Assembly (NCBI GenBank): GCA_963783375.1
Contig: CAWANH010000028.1
Span: forward strand, 1,952,001-2,016,000
Length of the DNA stretch: 64,000 nt
Direction of reading: 5' to 3'
Source: Candidatus Eiseniibacteriota bacterium
Lineage (GTDB): Bacteria > Eisenbacteria > RBG-16-71-46 > JABDJR01
A program made the translations under genes and the position numbers. Below, in pieces: positions 39,285 through 48,852 of the stretch. The notes below the pieces were generated by a model. That model saw only the letters and a list, made by a program, of their open reading frames with translations, made no database searches and was not told where the DNA came from. How positions within the stretch are numbered: the stretch's first letter is position 1; each line of letters opens with the position of its first letter.

Positions 39285-39920
39285 TCAGGGCGCCGCCGGG
39301 GCGGTGGTCCCCGGGATCCGCCGACCCGCCTCGAAGGCGCGGCGGTTGACGTCGCGGAACCGCTCGGGGAAGCGCCCGTCCAGGGCTTCGGTCCACGCGC
39401 GCTCGCCCAGGGGGAGGAGCGCGGAGAGAACCCCCAGGAGCACGACGTTGGCCGCCCGCTTCTCGCCCAGCTCCACCGCCAGAGTCAGGGCCGGAACGGA
39501 GAGCACCCGGAACCCGTGCCCGGAGAGGAACCCGGCCACGTCCTCCGGGTAGGCGTTCTCGGCCGCACCCGGCATCCGGATGGGCTTCACCGCCTGGTCG
39601 TTGAGGACGATCGCGCCCCCGGGCTTCAGGCCGTGGGCGTAGCGGAGCGCCTCCAGGCGCTCCATCGCGTAGAGCACGTCGGCGGTTCCGGAGCGGATGA
39701 GGGGGGAGTGGACCCGGGGTCCGAACCGGACGTGGCTCACCACGCTCCCTCCCCGCTGCGCGACCCCGTGAACCTCGGATTGCTTGGCCTCGAGCCCCTC
39801 GCCCAGGGCGGCCAGGGCCAGCACCTCGCTGGCCAGGAGCACCCCCTGTCCCCCCACTCCGGCCATGAGGACGTTGACCGCGATCCCAACCGCCGGGGAG
39901 ACCCCGGTACCGGCACTCAC
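39285..39920 (-). CDS. iorB: Indolepyruvate:ferredoxin oxidoreductase beta subunit
   Basis: AGVGGQGVLLAS...SEVHGVAQRGGSVVSHVRFG...ANVVLLG; GTG start overlapping the iorA stop. Confidence 0.9.
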   Translation of the reverse strand: MSAGTGVSPAVGIAVNVLMAGVGGQGVLLASEVLALAALGEGLEAKQSEVHGVAQRGGSVVSHVRFGPRVHSPLIRSGTADVLYAMERLEALRYAHGLKPGGAIVLNDQAVKPIRMPGAAENAYPEDVAGFLSGHGFRVLSVPALTLAVELGEKRAANVVLLGVLSALLPLGERAWTEALDGRFPERFRDVNRRAFEAGRRIPGTTAPAAP

Positions 39921-41677
39921 GGCGCGGCCTCGGCGGGATGGAGGGCGCCGGGATGGCAGACCGCGGCGCACATCTCGCACCCCACGCACTGGAGGGCGTC
40001 GACGACCGGACCCTCGCCGTCCCGCCACTCGATGGCCGGACATCCCAGCTCGTGGCAGAGCTTGCAGAGGTTGCAGTCCCCGGCGTCGAACTCGATCGGG
40101 GGACGGATCTTCTCCCGCTCCTCGGGGATGCGGAGACACGGATGCCGCGCGATCACCACCGAGGGGCCTTCGTGGCGGATGGCCGAGATCAGGATCCGGC
40201 GGAGGAGCTTGACGTCGTAGGGATCGACGGTGCGGACGTCGGCCACCCCGATCGCCTCCACCAGGCGGACCAGGTCGACCCGGGGCGCGGCTTCCCCGTC
40301 GATGGCCCGGCCGCTGGCCGCGTTCTCCTGCTGGCCGGTCATGCCGGTGGTGGAGTTGTCGCAGATGACCAGGGTGGCTCCGCTTCCCCGGTAGACCATG
40401 TCGATGAGGCCGGGGATCCCCCCGTGGAGGAACGTCCCGTCCCCGATCACCCCCACCGCCTTGTGGGGTCCGCCGTCCCGGTTCCCCTCCCAGAACCCCA
40501 CCGCGTTCCCCACGCTCGCCCCCATGCAGAACGAGGTCTGCATGGAGGAGTAGGGGGGAAGGCCGCCCAGGGTGTAGCAGCCGATGTCCCCCAGGGCGAC
40601 CACGTTCTGCTTGAGCAGGGTGCTCAGCACGTAGAACACCGCGCGGTGGGGACAGCCGAGGCAGAATAGCGGCGGACGGGGGGGAATGGGGATCTCGGCC
40701 GCGAAGCCGGCCGGGGCGGGTTCACCCAGGATGGCCTGGGCCAGGATCTCGGGGTTGAGTTCCCCCATGAGCGGGATCTTCCCCTTCCCCTCGATGTTCG
40801 TGATCCCCAGGATACGAAGCTGCTCCTCCACGAAGGGCTCGCCCTCCTCGATCACGGTGACCGTGTCGAAGCGGCGGCAGAAGCTCCGGGCCAGCTCCCC
40901 CGGGAAGGGAAAGGACATCCCCAGGCGAAGGTAGGTGGCGTCGGGGAGGACCTCCCGGGCGTACTGGTAGGCCACCCCGCTGGCGATCACCCCCACCGAC
41001 GGATCGCCCTCCTCCACCCGGTTGTAGGGGAAGGTCTCGCTGAACTCGCGAAGGCGGTCGAGACGATCCTCCACCGTGGGGCGCCGTCTCCGGGCGAAGG
41101 GCGGGACCAGGAACCGGGGTATGTCGGTCCGGTACTCCCGGACCGGGCCGGGCGCGGGCTCACCGAACTCCACCACCCCCTTGGCGTGGGAGATCCGGGT
41201 GGTGGACCGCAAGAGGACCGGGGTTTCGAATCGTTCGGAGATCTCGAAGGCGAGCCGGACGAAGTCCTTGGCCTCCTGGGGATCCACCGGCTCCAGGAGC
41301 GGCACCTTGGCGAACTTGGCGTAGTACCGGTTGTCCTGCTCGTTCTGGGAGGAGTGCATGCCGGGGTCGTCGGCGGAGAGGACCACCAGCCCCCCCAGGC
41401 AGCCGGCGTAGGGAAGCACCATGAAGGTGTCCGAGGCCACGTTCAGCCCCACGTGCTTCATGGTGACCAGGGCGCGCTTTCCGGAGAGGGAGACCCCCAT
41501 GCCGATGTCGAGCGCGGTCTTCTCGTTGGCCGCCCAGTGGGTCTCGATCTCGCCCCGGGCGGCCAGGGTCTCCAGGATCTCGGTGCTCGGGGTGCCGGGA
41601 TAGCCGGTGGCGAAGCGCACCGAGGCCTCGTAGGCGCCCCGGGCGAAGGCCTGGTTTCCGGAGAGCAGCGCTTTCAT
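39917..41677 (-). CDS. iorA: Indolepyruvate:ferredoxin oxidoreductase alpha subunit
   Basis: LSGNQA, GYPGTPSTE, MKHVGLNVA, CLGCPHR, GDIGCY, GDGTFLHGG (TPP) and a C-terminal 2x[4Fe-4S] ferredoxin domain. Confidence 0.92.
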   Translation of the reverse strand: MKALLSGNQAFARGAYEASVRFATGYPGTPSTEILETLAARGEIETHWAANEKTALDIGMGVSLSGKRALVTMKHVGLNVASDTFMVLPYAGCLGGLVVLSADDPGMHSSQNEQDNRYYAKFAKVPLLEPVDPQEAKDFVRLAFEISERFETPVLLRSTTRISHAKGVVEFGEPAPGPVREYRTDIPRFLVPPFARRRRPTVEDRLDRLREFSETFPYNRVEEGDPSVGVIASGVAYQYAREVLPDATYLRLGMSFPFPGELARSFCRRFDTVTVIEEGEPFVEEQLRILGITNIEGKGKIPLMGELNPEILAQAILGEPAPAGFAAEIPIPPRPPLFCLGCPHRAVFYVLSTLLKQNVVALGDIGCYTLGGLPPYSSMQTSFCMGASVGNAVGFWEGNRDGGPHKAVGVIGDGTFLHGGIPGLIDMVYRGSGATLVICDNSTTGMTGQQENAASGRAIDGEAAPRVDLVRLVEAIGVADVRTVDPYDVKLLRRILISAIRHEGPSVVIARHPCLRIPEEREKIRPPIEFDAGDCNLCKLCHELGCPAIEWRDGEGPVVDALQCVGCEMCAAVCHPGALHPAEAAP

Positions 41678-41683
41678 GGCCGC

Positions 41684-42964
41684 CTACATCGATTCCAGGA
41701 CCAGGGCGATCCCCTGACCCCCGCCGATGCACATGGTCGCCACCCCGAACCGCTCGCCCTTCCGGCGGAGGGCGTAGGCGCAGGTGAGGGTGAGGATGGC
41801 CCCGGTGGCTCCCAGGGGATGTCCCAGGGCGATGGCGCTTCCCATGGGGTTCACCTTCTCCGGATCGATGCCCATCTTCTCGAAGTCGCGGATGCAGGCC
41901 AGGGCCTGGGGGGCGAAGGCCTCGTTCAGCTCCACCTGGTCCACGGCGTCGCCGGTGAGCCCGGCCGAGGCCAGCGCCTTCTCCACCGCGGGAACCGGCC
42001 CCCATCCCATGATCTGCGGATCGCAGGCCGCCACGCCCATTCCGGCGATCCGGGCCAGGGGTTTCAAGCCGTGCTTCCCGGCGTCGGACTCCTTCCCGAT
42101 CACCATGGCCGCGGCCCCGTCCACCACCGCGCTGGCGTTCCCCGCGGTGATCACCCCGCCGGCCTCGAACGCCGCGGGGAGCCGGGCCATCTTGGGGAGC
42201 GAGATCCCGTCCATGATGTGGGTGTCGTGCTTCACCTCGATCGACTCCGTGGTGGCGTCGCCTTCCACGGTGACCGGCTCGATCTCCTCGTCGAACCACC
42301 CGGCGTCGCGGGCGGCCTTGGCGTTGGCGTGGGAACGGAACCCGAAGCGATCGGCCTCCTCACGGCTCACGTGATAGCGCCGGCCCAGCTCCTCCGCGGT
42401 GTTGGCCATGGACATCTGCGCGCCCGGATCGTAGAGGGCCATGAGGAGGGCGTCCTGGAGATGCGTTCCGGGGGGGAGCGATTTGACGTCGACCGGCCCG
42501 TACTTCTGCACCGCCTCGCCGAGCTTCCGTCCCCGGTAGTTGTAGAGGGTGAAGGGGTACTGCATGCTCTCGGCCCCGCCCACCACCATGAACGGCCGCG
42601 CGCGATCGTGGCGCACCCCGGCCAGGATGATCTCGGAACCCACCGCCACCGCCTCCGCCCCGCTCCCGCAGATCCGGGCCACGGTGAGGGCGGGGACATC
42701 GTCGGCGAGCCCCCCGCGCCAGCGCATTCCCTGGGCCCCGTAGATCGAGTCCCGATGGCTGTGCTGGGCCATGCCCATCACCACGTGGCCGATCAGGGCC
42801 GGGTCGACCGGAGTGTTGCCCAGGGCGGCCCGGATGGCCGTGCCCCCGAGCTGGGTGGCGGTGAACCGCGAGAAGAGCCCCGGTCGCTGGTTGTCCTCCA
42901 GGATGTCCGCCCGGGGGGTTCGCCGCCCGCCGTCGAGGATGACGATGGATCCGTTCGTGCTCAT
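41684..42964 (-). CDS. Thiolase (acetyl-CoA C-acyltransferase)
   Basis: ARICGSG, ELNEAFA, GHPLGATG and MCIGGGQG catalytic motifs. Confidence 0.9.
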   Translation of the reverse strand: MSTNGSIVILDGGRRTPRADILEDNQRPGLFSRFTATQLGGTAIRAALGNTPVDPALIGHVVMGMAQHSHRDSIYGAQGMRWRGGLADDVPALTVARICGSGAEAVAVGSEIILAGVRHDRARPFMVVGGAESMQYPFTLYNYRGRKLGEAVQKYGPVDVKSLPPGTHLQDALLMALYDPGAQMSMANTAEELGRRYHVSREEADRFGFRSHANAKAARDAGWFDEEIEPVTVEGDATTESIEVKHDTHIMDGISLPKMARLPAAFEAGGVITAGNASAVVDGAAAMVIGKESDAGKHGLKPLARIAGMGVAACDPQIMGWGPVPAVEKALASAGLTGDAVDQVELNEAFAPQALACIRDFEKMGIDPEKVNPMGSAIALGHPLGATGAILTLTCAYALRRKGERFGVATMCIGGGQGIALVLESM

Positions 42965-42985
42965 CTCTCTCCTCTCCTCGTGGAA

Positions 42986-44954
42986 CTACTCGTGCAGGAA
43001 ATCCGCCGGGACCCGGGGACCGTTCTGGAGGAAGTTCTTCATGCCGATGTCGAAGTCGATCGTTCCCTTGCACCGGGCCAGGCCCTCGGCCTCCGCCTCC
43101 AGCCCTTCGGGAAGCGGGCGGACGGCGCCGCGGCGGATCGTCTCCACCAGGATGCGGTCGACGACCAGGGAGTGGTGTCCGATGTCCACCCGGGGGAGTT
43201 CCTCGGGGACGGTGAGTGGGCGCGGATCCACCGGTCCGATCCGGCGGGCGCCGGAGAGGTGGTCCCGGATGACGGTGCGCGCCGCGCCGAGAACGTCGGC
43301 GGCCGGCTCGCCGGTCGCCCAGCCCAGGGCGCAGGCGGTGCGGGCGTCGACGGTGCGTCCGGTCCGGAGCATCTCCAGCGCGGGTTCGAGGCCGACGATC
43401 CGGGGGAGCCGCTGGGTGCCTCCGTAGCCGGGGATGATCCCCAGGTTGACCTCGGGCTGGCCGAGGGCCAGCCGCGGGCCGACCACCCGGGCGTGGCAGG
43501 CCATGGCGATCTCGCAGCCGCCGCCGAGGACGGGTCCGTCCAGCGCCGCCACCACCGGCTTCCTCATCGCTTCGATCCGAGTCAGCACCCGGTGCCCGGC
43601 CCGGGCGAGGTTCCGGGCCGCTTCCGGGGTCTTGAGAGCGGCCAGCTCCATGATGTCGGCGCCGGCCAGGGCCCCGTTGTAGCCGGTGAGGATCACGCCC
43701 TCGACGGATTCGTCCGCGTCGAGCTTCTCCATGACCTCGAGGATCTCGGCCAGGGTGCGCCGGTTCAGCGCGTTCAGGACCTCGGGCCGCTTCACCGTCA
43801 CCACCGCCACCCCTTCCGCGCGATCCACTTCGAGGTTCCGGTGGAATGCCGGCATCCGCTTCTTCTCCACGCTTGCGGTCACGTGGAAGCCGGGGTGGGC
43901 CGCGGCGTAGGCGGTGCAGAGCCGGTGCACCCGGTCCATCCCCAGTTCTTCGGCCAGGTCCAGGAGGCCCTGGGCGAAGCCGAGGGCGGTCCGGGTCATC
44001 CAGTTGAATTCGCGGGGGTGGCAGATGTCGCGATCCACCACGAAGAAGGAGCGGCCGAGGAGCACGGCCAGCATCCGGTCGAGGACCTCGGTCTTCGTCG
44101 CCTCGTCGTGGCTCGGATCCCCGGGGTTCTTCCGGTCGTGCCAGGGTTTGACCCCCTGCTCGCGGAGAAGCGCCGGGGGCTCGAACCACGCGCTCCCGGT
44201 GGGGGCGTCCCGCATCAGCTCCAGGCAATGGACGTTCAGGGGATTTCCCCGGGTGAGGTCCATGACGTTGAAGGGGCCGCCCCCCCCCACCGCGTCGTTC
44301 ACGATCCGGTCCACCTGGGCCGGGGTGGCCACGCCTTCCTCGAACAGGCGAACCGCCTCGGCGCAGTAGTTGACGAAGACGTCGTCGGCGGCGAAGCACT
44401 CCACGTCCGCGGTCACCAGGGGAACCTTTCCCAGCTCCCGAAGCGTCCGCATCATCCGCTCGCCGTATTCCGCGTCCTCGGAGAGCACCACCTCCATGGG
44501 CAGGGACCGCCAGGCCGGGAAGAAGGGGTGGTTCACGAAGCAGCGTTCGGGGTGGCGGGCCCCGGCGGCGATCTCCCGGCGCGGAATTCCCGAGGTCGCA
44601 AAGCCGACCAGGCACTCCGGCGAAACCACCTTCTCCAGGTCGGCGAGGATGCGTTGCTTCAGGACCAGTTGTTCGGTGGCCGCCTCGAGCACGTAGCCGC
44701 AACCGGCGAGATCCCGCGATGTCCAGGGTGGGAACCAGGCCCTTCTCCACCGCCTCGGCCACCCGGGGGCTGAGCTTCCCCCGGACGAGCCCCTTCCGGA
44801 CGTAGCCCCGGATCCGCGTGATACCGGCGTCCAGGGCCTCCTGACGCACGTCCAGGAGATGGACGCGGCCCCCTCCGCCCTTGGCGAGGGCGGTGATGAA
44901 GCCGTAGGCCAGGTCGGGACCGATGGAGCCCGATCCGATCACGCCGATTTCCAT
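42986..44954 (-). CDS. 3-hydroxyacyl-CoA dehydrogenase / enoyl-CoA hydratase fusion (one frameshift near 44713)
   Basis: MEIGVIGSGSIG Rossmann start at 44954. After removing one base it continues as DLAGCGYVLEAATE..., then a crotonase domain (AGADI, LGGGCEIAMAC, GQPEVNLGIIPGYGGTQRLPR). Confidence 0.82.
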
Positions 44955-45231
44955 GTCTCTCTCCTTTGCCGGGTTTCGATCGAGGCGTGGATGGGGGAGC
45001 GGCTCGCCCGTCGCAGATGGAGTTCCCGGCCGGGGCCGGGGGCGACGAGACCGGGTCCCGTGCCGGACTTTACCGGAGAACCGGAGGGGTTCAAACAAAA
45101 AGACAGGCTCTGCGGTCGGGTGTCGGCGCGGAGCGGCTTGCCGGCGCACCTACGCCGGCGGAAACGCGAATTCGCGACCGTTTCGATCGGGAAACCGCCG
45201 CCCGGCCGCGTCTCCCGGGGCGAAGCGGGAA

Positions 45232-47136
45232 TCAGGCGCCGAACACCGCCACCTTGAGGATCATGATCACGATGCCGATCAGCGCCCCGCCGGCGATGAT
45301 CCCGGCGCAGATCGTCTCCTGGTTCCCCACGATGTTCTCCCGGATCCAGGAGTCGGGGCTCTTGTAGCGTTGGGCCAGCGCCCAGAAGATGAACGCCCCC
45401 AGGAACATGGCCCAGGCATCGGAGAACCGGAGCACGAAGGCCAGCCCCATTCCCACCCCGGAGATCGGCCAGCGGTTCCGGGTGGTGAGCTTCAGCACCT
45501 CGAAGAGGATCCCCCCGAACGCGCCCACCACCACCGCGACCAGGGCGGTCGGATCCAGGATGCCGAAGCCCTGGGTGAGCACCTCGGCCACCGCCCGCCA
45601 GATCATGGCCGCGATCATGGGCATGCGCTCGGTGCCGAACAGGTCGATGTTCCCCCGGAAGAGCACGAAGTAGAAGATCGGGGTGCAGGCCAGGCCCCCG
45701 GCGATGATGCCCAGGACGTGGCCCATGGCCTGGTGGCGGGGTTTGGCTCCCAGCATGTAGCCGGGCTTGATGTCCATGAGCAGGTTCGAGGCGTTGGAGG
45801 CGACCTCGCCGGTGATCCCCGCGGTCATGAGGTTGGTGGACATGTTCCCCGGGTCGAGGGCGGCGTAGGTGAGCTGGGTGAGCTTTCCCAGGGCCCCGGT
45901 GGGGGTGATGGCGGTGAGGCCGGTGGAGTTGGCCGCGATGAGGGTGAAGATGAACACCATGGGAATGGCCACGATCCCCAGCCAGACCTGGATCCCGAAG
46001 AAGGCCCAGGCCATCCAGACGATGAAGGCGCCGACCAGGGGGATCCCGATCACGAACACCTTCATGGGCAGCTCCACCGCGGCGAGGATGTCCTTCTCCT
46101 TCTTCTTTTCGTTCCGGCCCATGCGAAGGTTCGCGAAGGCGGTGAGGATGGCCCGGGGCTTCGAGAAGAAGGCGAAGAGGGAGGAGGTGGTCATCATGGC
46201 CACGCCTCCCCACAGGGACCACATGGTGATCCCCCGGAAGCTCACGTCGGTGATGATGCCTTTCTGGATGAGGAGGGGGGCCAGGACGAAGTAGTTGAGG
46301 ACCGCGCCGATGATGAGGGAGACCCCGGTCCGCATCCCCATCAGCCCGCCCGCCCCGATCATGACGATCTCGGTGTCGAAGTGGATGGTCATGTCCCGGA
46401 GGGGGGTGCCGAGAATCCGGGGGGTGGCGAACTTGTAGATCACGTCGTCCCAGTGCTGCCAGTAGGTGTTCATGATCCCGCCGAGACGCCGGAAACCCAG
46501 GAACTGGAGAAGCTCGCCGTCCCGGATGAAGTTGATGCCTCCGGAGAGCAGGGCGAAGCCGCCCAGGAGCTTTCCCTGCATGACCCCCTTGGCCCCGGAG
46601 CTGGTGTGGAGGGCGTCCATCACCACCCCCGCCGCCCGCCCCTCCGGGAAGGGGAACTGCTCGTCGTTGATGAACCGGCGCTTGAGCGGGAAGGCGAAGA
46701 GGACGCCCATGAGGGCGAGCCCGATCATCCAGAACATGGTGTGAAGCACCGGGATCACCCGTCCGGTCACCATCATGTAGGCGGGGAGGCTCGAGATGAG
46801 GGGGGCGGTCATGTAGCCGGCCGCGGTGGCGATCGACTGCATCTGCACGTTCTCGAGGATCGTGAATTCCCTGGCCAGGCCGACCTTGGCCATGAGCTTG
46901 TAGAGGGAGAAGGCCAGGATCACCGAGGTGATGCCCACCCCCAGGGTCCAGCCGGTGCGGATCCCCACGTAGAGGTTGGTGAGGGAGAGGATGCTCCCCA
47001 GGAGCATTCCGGTGATCGCGGAACGCAGGGTGAGCTGGGGCATGTCCCCGCGGAAGACCTCGCGGAACCACCAGGTGTCCTTCTCCTTGAGGGACCAGGT
47101 CCGGACTTCCTCCTCGGTCAACTGCTTGATGGCCAT
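45232..47136 (-). CDS. OPT-family oligopeptide transporter
   Basis: QLTLRSAITG...NLYVGIRTG...ENVQMQSIATA...PFPEGRAA...LMDIKPGYMLGA; many TM helices. Confidence 0.9.
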   Translation of the reverse strand: MAIKQLTEEEVRTWSLKEKDTWWFREVFRGDMPQLTLRSAITGMLLGSILSLTNLYVGIRTGWTLGVGITSVILAFSLYKLMAKVGLAREFTILENVQMQSIATAAGYMTAPLISSLPAYMMVTGRVIPVLHTMFWMIGLALMGVLFAFPLKRRFINDEQFPFPEGRAAGVVMDALHTSSGAKGVMQGKLLGGFALLSGGINFIRDGELLQFLGFRRLGGIMNTYWQHWDDVIYKFATPRILGTPLRDMTIHFDTEIVMIGAGGLMGMRTGVSLIIGAVLNYFVLAPLLIQKGIITDVSFRGITMWSLWGGVAMMTTSSLFAFFSKPRAILTAFANLRMGRNEKKKEKDILAAVELPMKVFVIGIPLVGAFIVWMAWAFFGIQVWLGIVAIPMVFIFTLIAANSTGLTAITPTGALGKLTQLTYAALDPGNMSTNLMTAGITGEVASNASNLLMDIKPGYMLGAKPRHQAMGHVLGIIAGGLACTPIFYFVLFRGNIDLFGTERMPMIAAMIWRAVAEVLTQGFGILDPTALVAVVVGAFGGILFEVLKLTTRNRWPISGVGMGLAFVLRFSDAWAMFLGAFIFWALAQRYKSPDSWIRENIVGNQETICAGIIAGGALIGIVIMILKVAVFGA

Positions 47137-47291
47137 GGGTCATCCTCTCGGTTGGCCGCCGGGGGCGGTTCCGCCGGCCGGCGCCGGTGGGCGGTTCCCG
47201 GGAGCGTCGGGGTCCGGGAATGGAACCATCGTCCGGCCGCACAATCGATTCGATTCTCGATAATCGGGTTAGCCAGAATTTCGATGAGGGG

Positions 47292-47333
47292 TTGACGGGG
47301 AGGGCCTCCCCGCCTACTATTTCGTACTCGAAA
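47292..47333 (+). promoter_or_regulatory. Sigma-70 promoter of marR with an adjacent inverted repeat (probable MarR operator)
   Basis: TTGACG (47292-47297), 17-bp spacer, TACTAT (47315-47320); TTTCG-TACT-CGAAA at 47320-47333. Confidence 0.65.
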
Positions 47334-47352
47334 GATCTCAGTTAGGAACATC

Positions 47353-47886
47353 ATGTGCCGGGAGCCGAACTTGCCCACCCGATTCCGCGGAAGCCCCGAG
47401 GAGACCCGCGCCCTCGACGCCTTCATCAAGCTCGAGCGGGCGGGCGAGTCGGTTTTCGCGCGGTTGGGGCGGCACCTGGCCGGGCATGGGCTTACCCACG
47501 GGCAGCTCGGGGTGCTGGATGCGCTCCATCACTGCGGGCCCATGTGTCAGAAGGATCTGGGCGGAAAGGTGCTCCGGAGCAGCTCCAACGTCACGGTGGT
47601 GGTGGACAACCTGGAGCGCCGCGGCCTCGTCCGGCGGGTCCGCGACGCCTCGGACCGGCGGATGGTGGAGGTTTCGCTCACCGCCGAGGGCCGGAAGCTC
47701 CTGGAGCGGGTGTTCCCGACCCATGTCCGCGAGATCGTGGAGATATTCTCCGGTCTCTCGGCCAGGGAGGTCGACCGGCTGGGGGAGATCTGCCGGAAGC
47801 TGGGGCGGAGCATCCGCCACGAAACGGCCTCGCCGCCGCTCCGAACGAGGGCGGCCGGCCGACCCCCGCGTTCGGCGGGGAATTGA
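47353..47886 (+). CDS. MarR-family transcriptional regulator
   Basis: LTHGQLGVLDAL...NVTVVVDNLERRGLVRR...DRR...LTAEG winged HTH. Confidence 0.9.
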   Translation: MCREPNLPTRFRGSPEETRALDAFIKLERAGESVFARLGRHLAGHGLTHGQLGVLDALHHCGPMCQKDLGGKVLRSSSNVTVVVDNLERRGLVRRVRDASDRRMVEVSLTAEGRKLLERVFPTHVREIVEIFSGLSAREVDRLGEICRKLGRSIRHETASPPLRTRAAGRPPRSAGN

Positions 47887-47960
47887 ATCGACGCGGCGCG
47901 GGGAGTTCATGAGCGGGACCTCATGAACCCCCCGGCCCAAACCATCAATGGAGGTTTCCG

Positions 47961-48808
47961 ATGCCCGACCAACAAATCGTCCTGATCACCGGCGCCACGG
48001 GGCAGCAGGGGGAAGCATTCTCAGGGAGCTGGCGGGGAAGGGGTTCACCCTCCGGGCCATGACCCGCCATCCCACCGGCGACGCCGCCCTGAAGCTCGAC
48101 GCCCTCGGAGCCCAGATCGTCGAGGGCGACCTGGACGACGACGCCTCCCTCCGGAAGTGCCTGAAGGACGCCTGGGGGGCCTTTGCGGTCCAGAATACCT
48201 GGGAGGCCGGGGTCGAGAAGGAGGAGGAGCAGGGCAAGCGATTCGCCAGGCTGGCCCGGGAGGCGGGGATCCAGCACTTCGTCTACTCCTCGGTCGCCTC
48301 CGCCCACCGCCGGACCGGCATTCCCCATTTCGAGAACAAGTGGCGGGTGGAGGAAACCGTTCGAGGCCTCGACTTTCCGTCCCACGTCATTCTCCGCCCG
48401 GTGTTCTTCATGGAGAACCTGATCTCCCCCTGGTTCCTGAACGACGGGAAGCTCATGACCGCCTTGAAGCCGGACACCGTGCTCCAGATGGTGGCGGTGA
48501 AGGATATCGGCCGGATCGGGGCCCACGCCTTCACCCACGCCGCCGAGATGAAGGGCCAGGAGGTGGACTTCGCCGGGGACGCGGCCACCATGCCCCAGAC
48601 CGCGGCGGCGCTGAGCGAGGGGATGGGGAAGAAGATCCCCTTCGTGCCGATCCCCATCGAGGGGGTCCGGAAGAACAGCGAGGACTTCGCGCTCATGCTG
48701 GAATGGTTCGACCGGGTGGGCTACGACGCGGACATCCCCGCGGTCGAGAAGCGGTTCGGGAAGATGACCTCCCTCGCCGAGTGGGTGAGCGAGACCGTGA
48801 AGAGCTGA
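47961..48808 (+). CDS. NmrA/HSCARG-family NAD(P)-binding protein (one frameshift in the G run at 48008-48012)
   Basis: GGAGG RBS, then ATG 47961 gives MPDQQIVLITGATGQQG. One extra G joins it to GSILREL...HFVYSSV...PHFENK...LRPVFFMEN. Confidence 0.85.
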
Positions 48809-48852
48809 CCCGCGGGGGCGCGGGGCCGGAGGCGTCGCCCTCCGGCCCTTCC

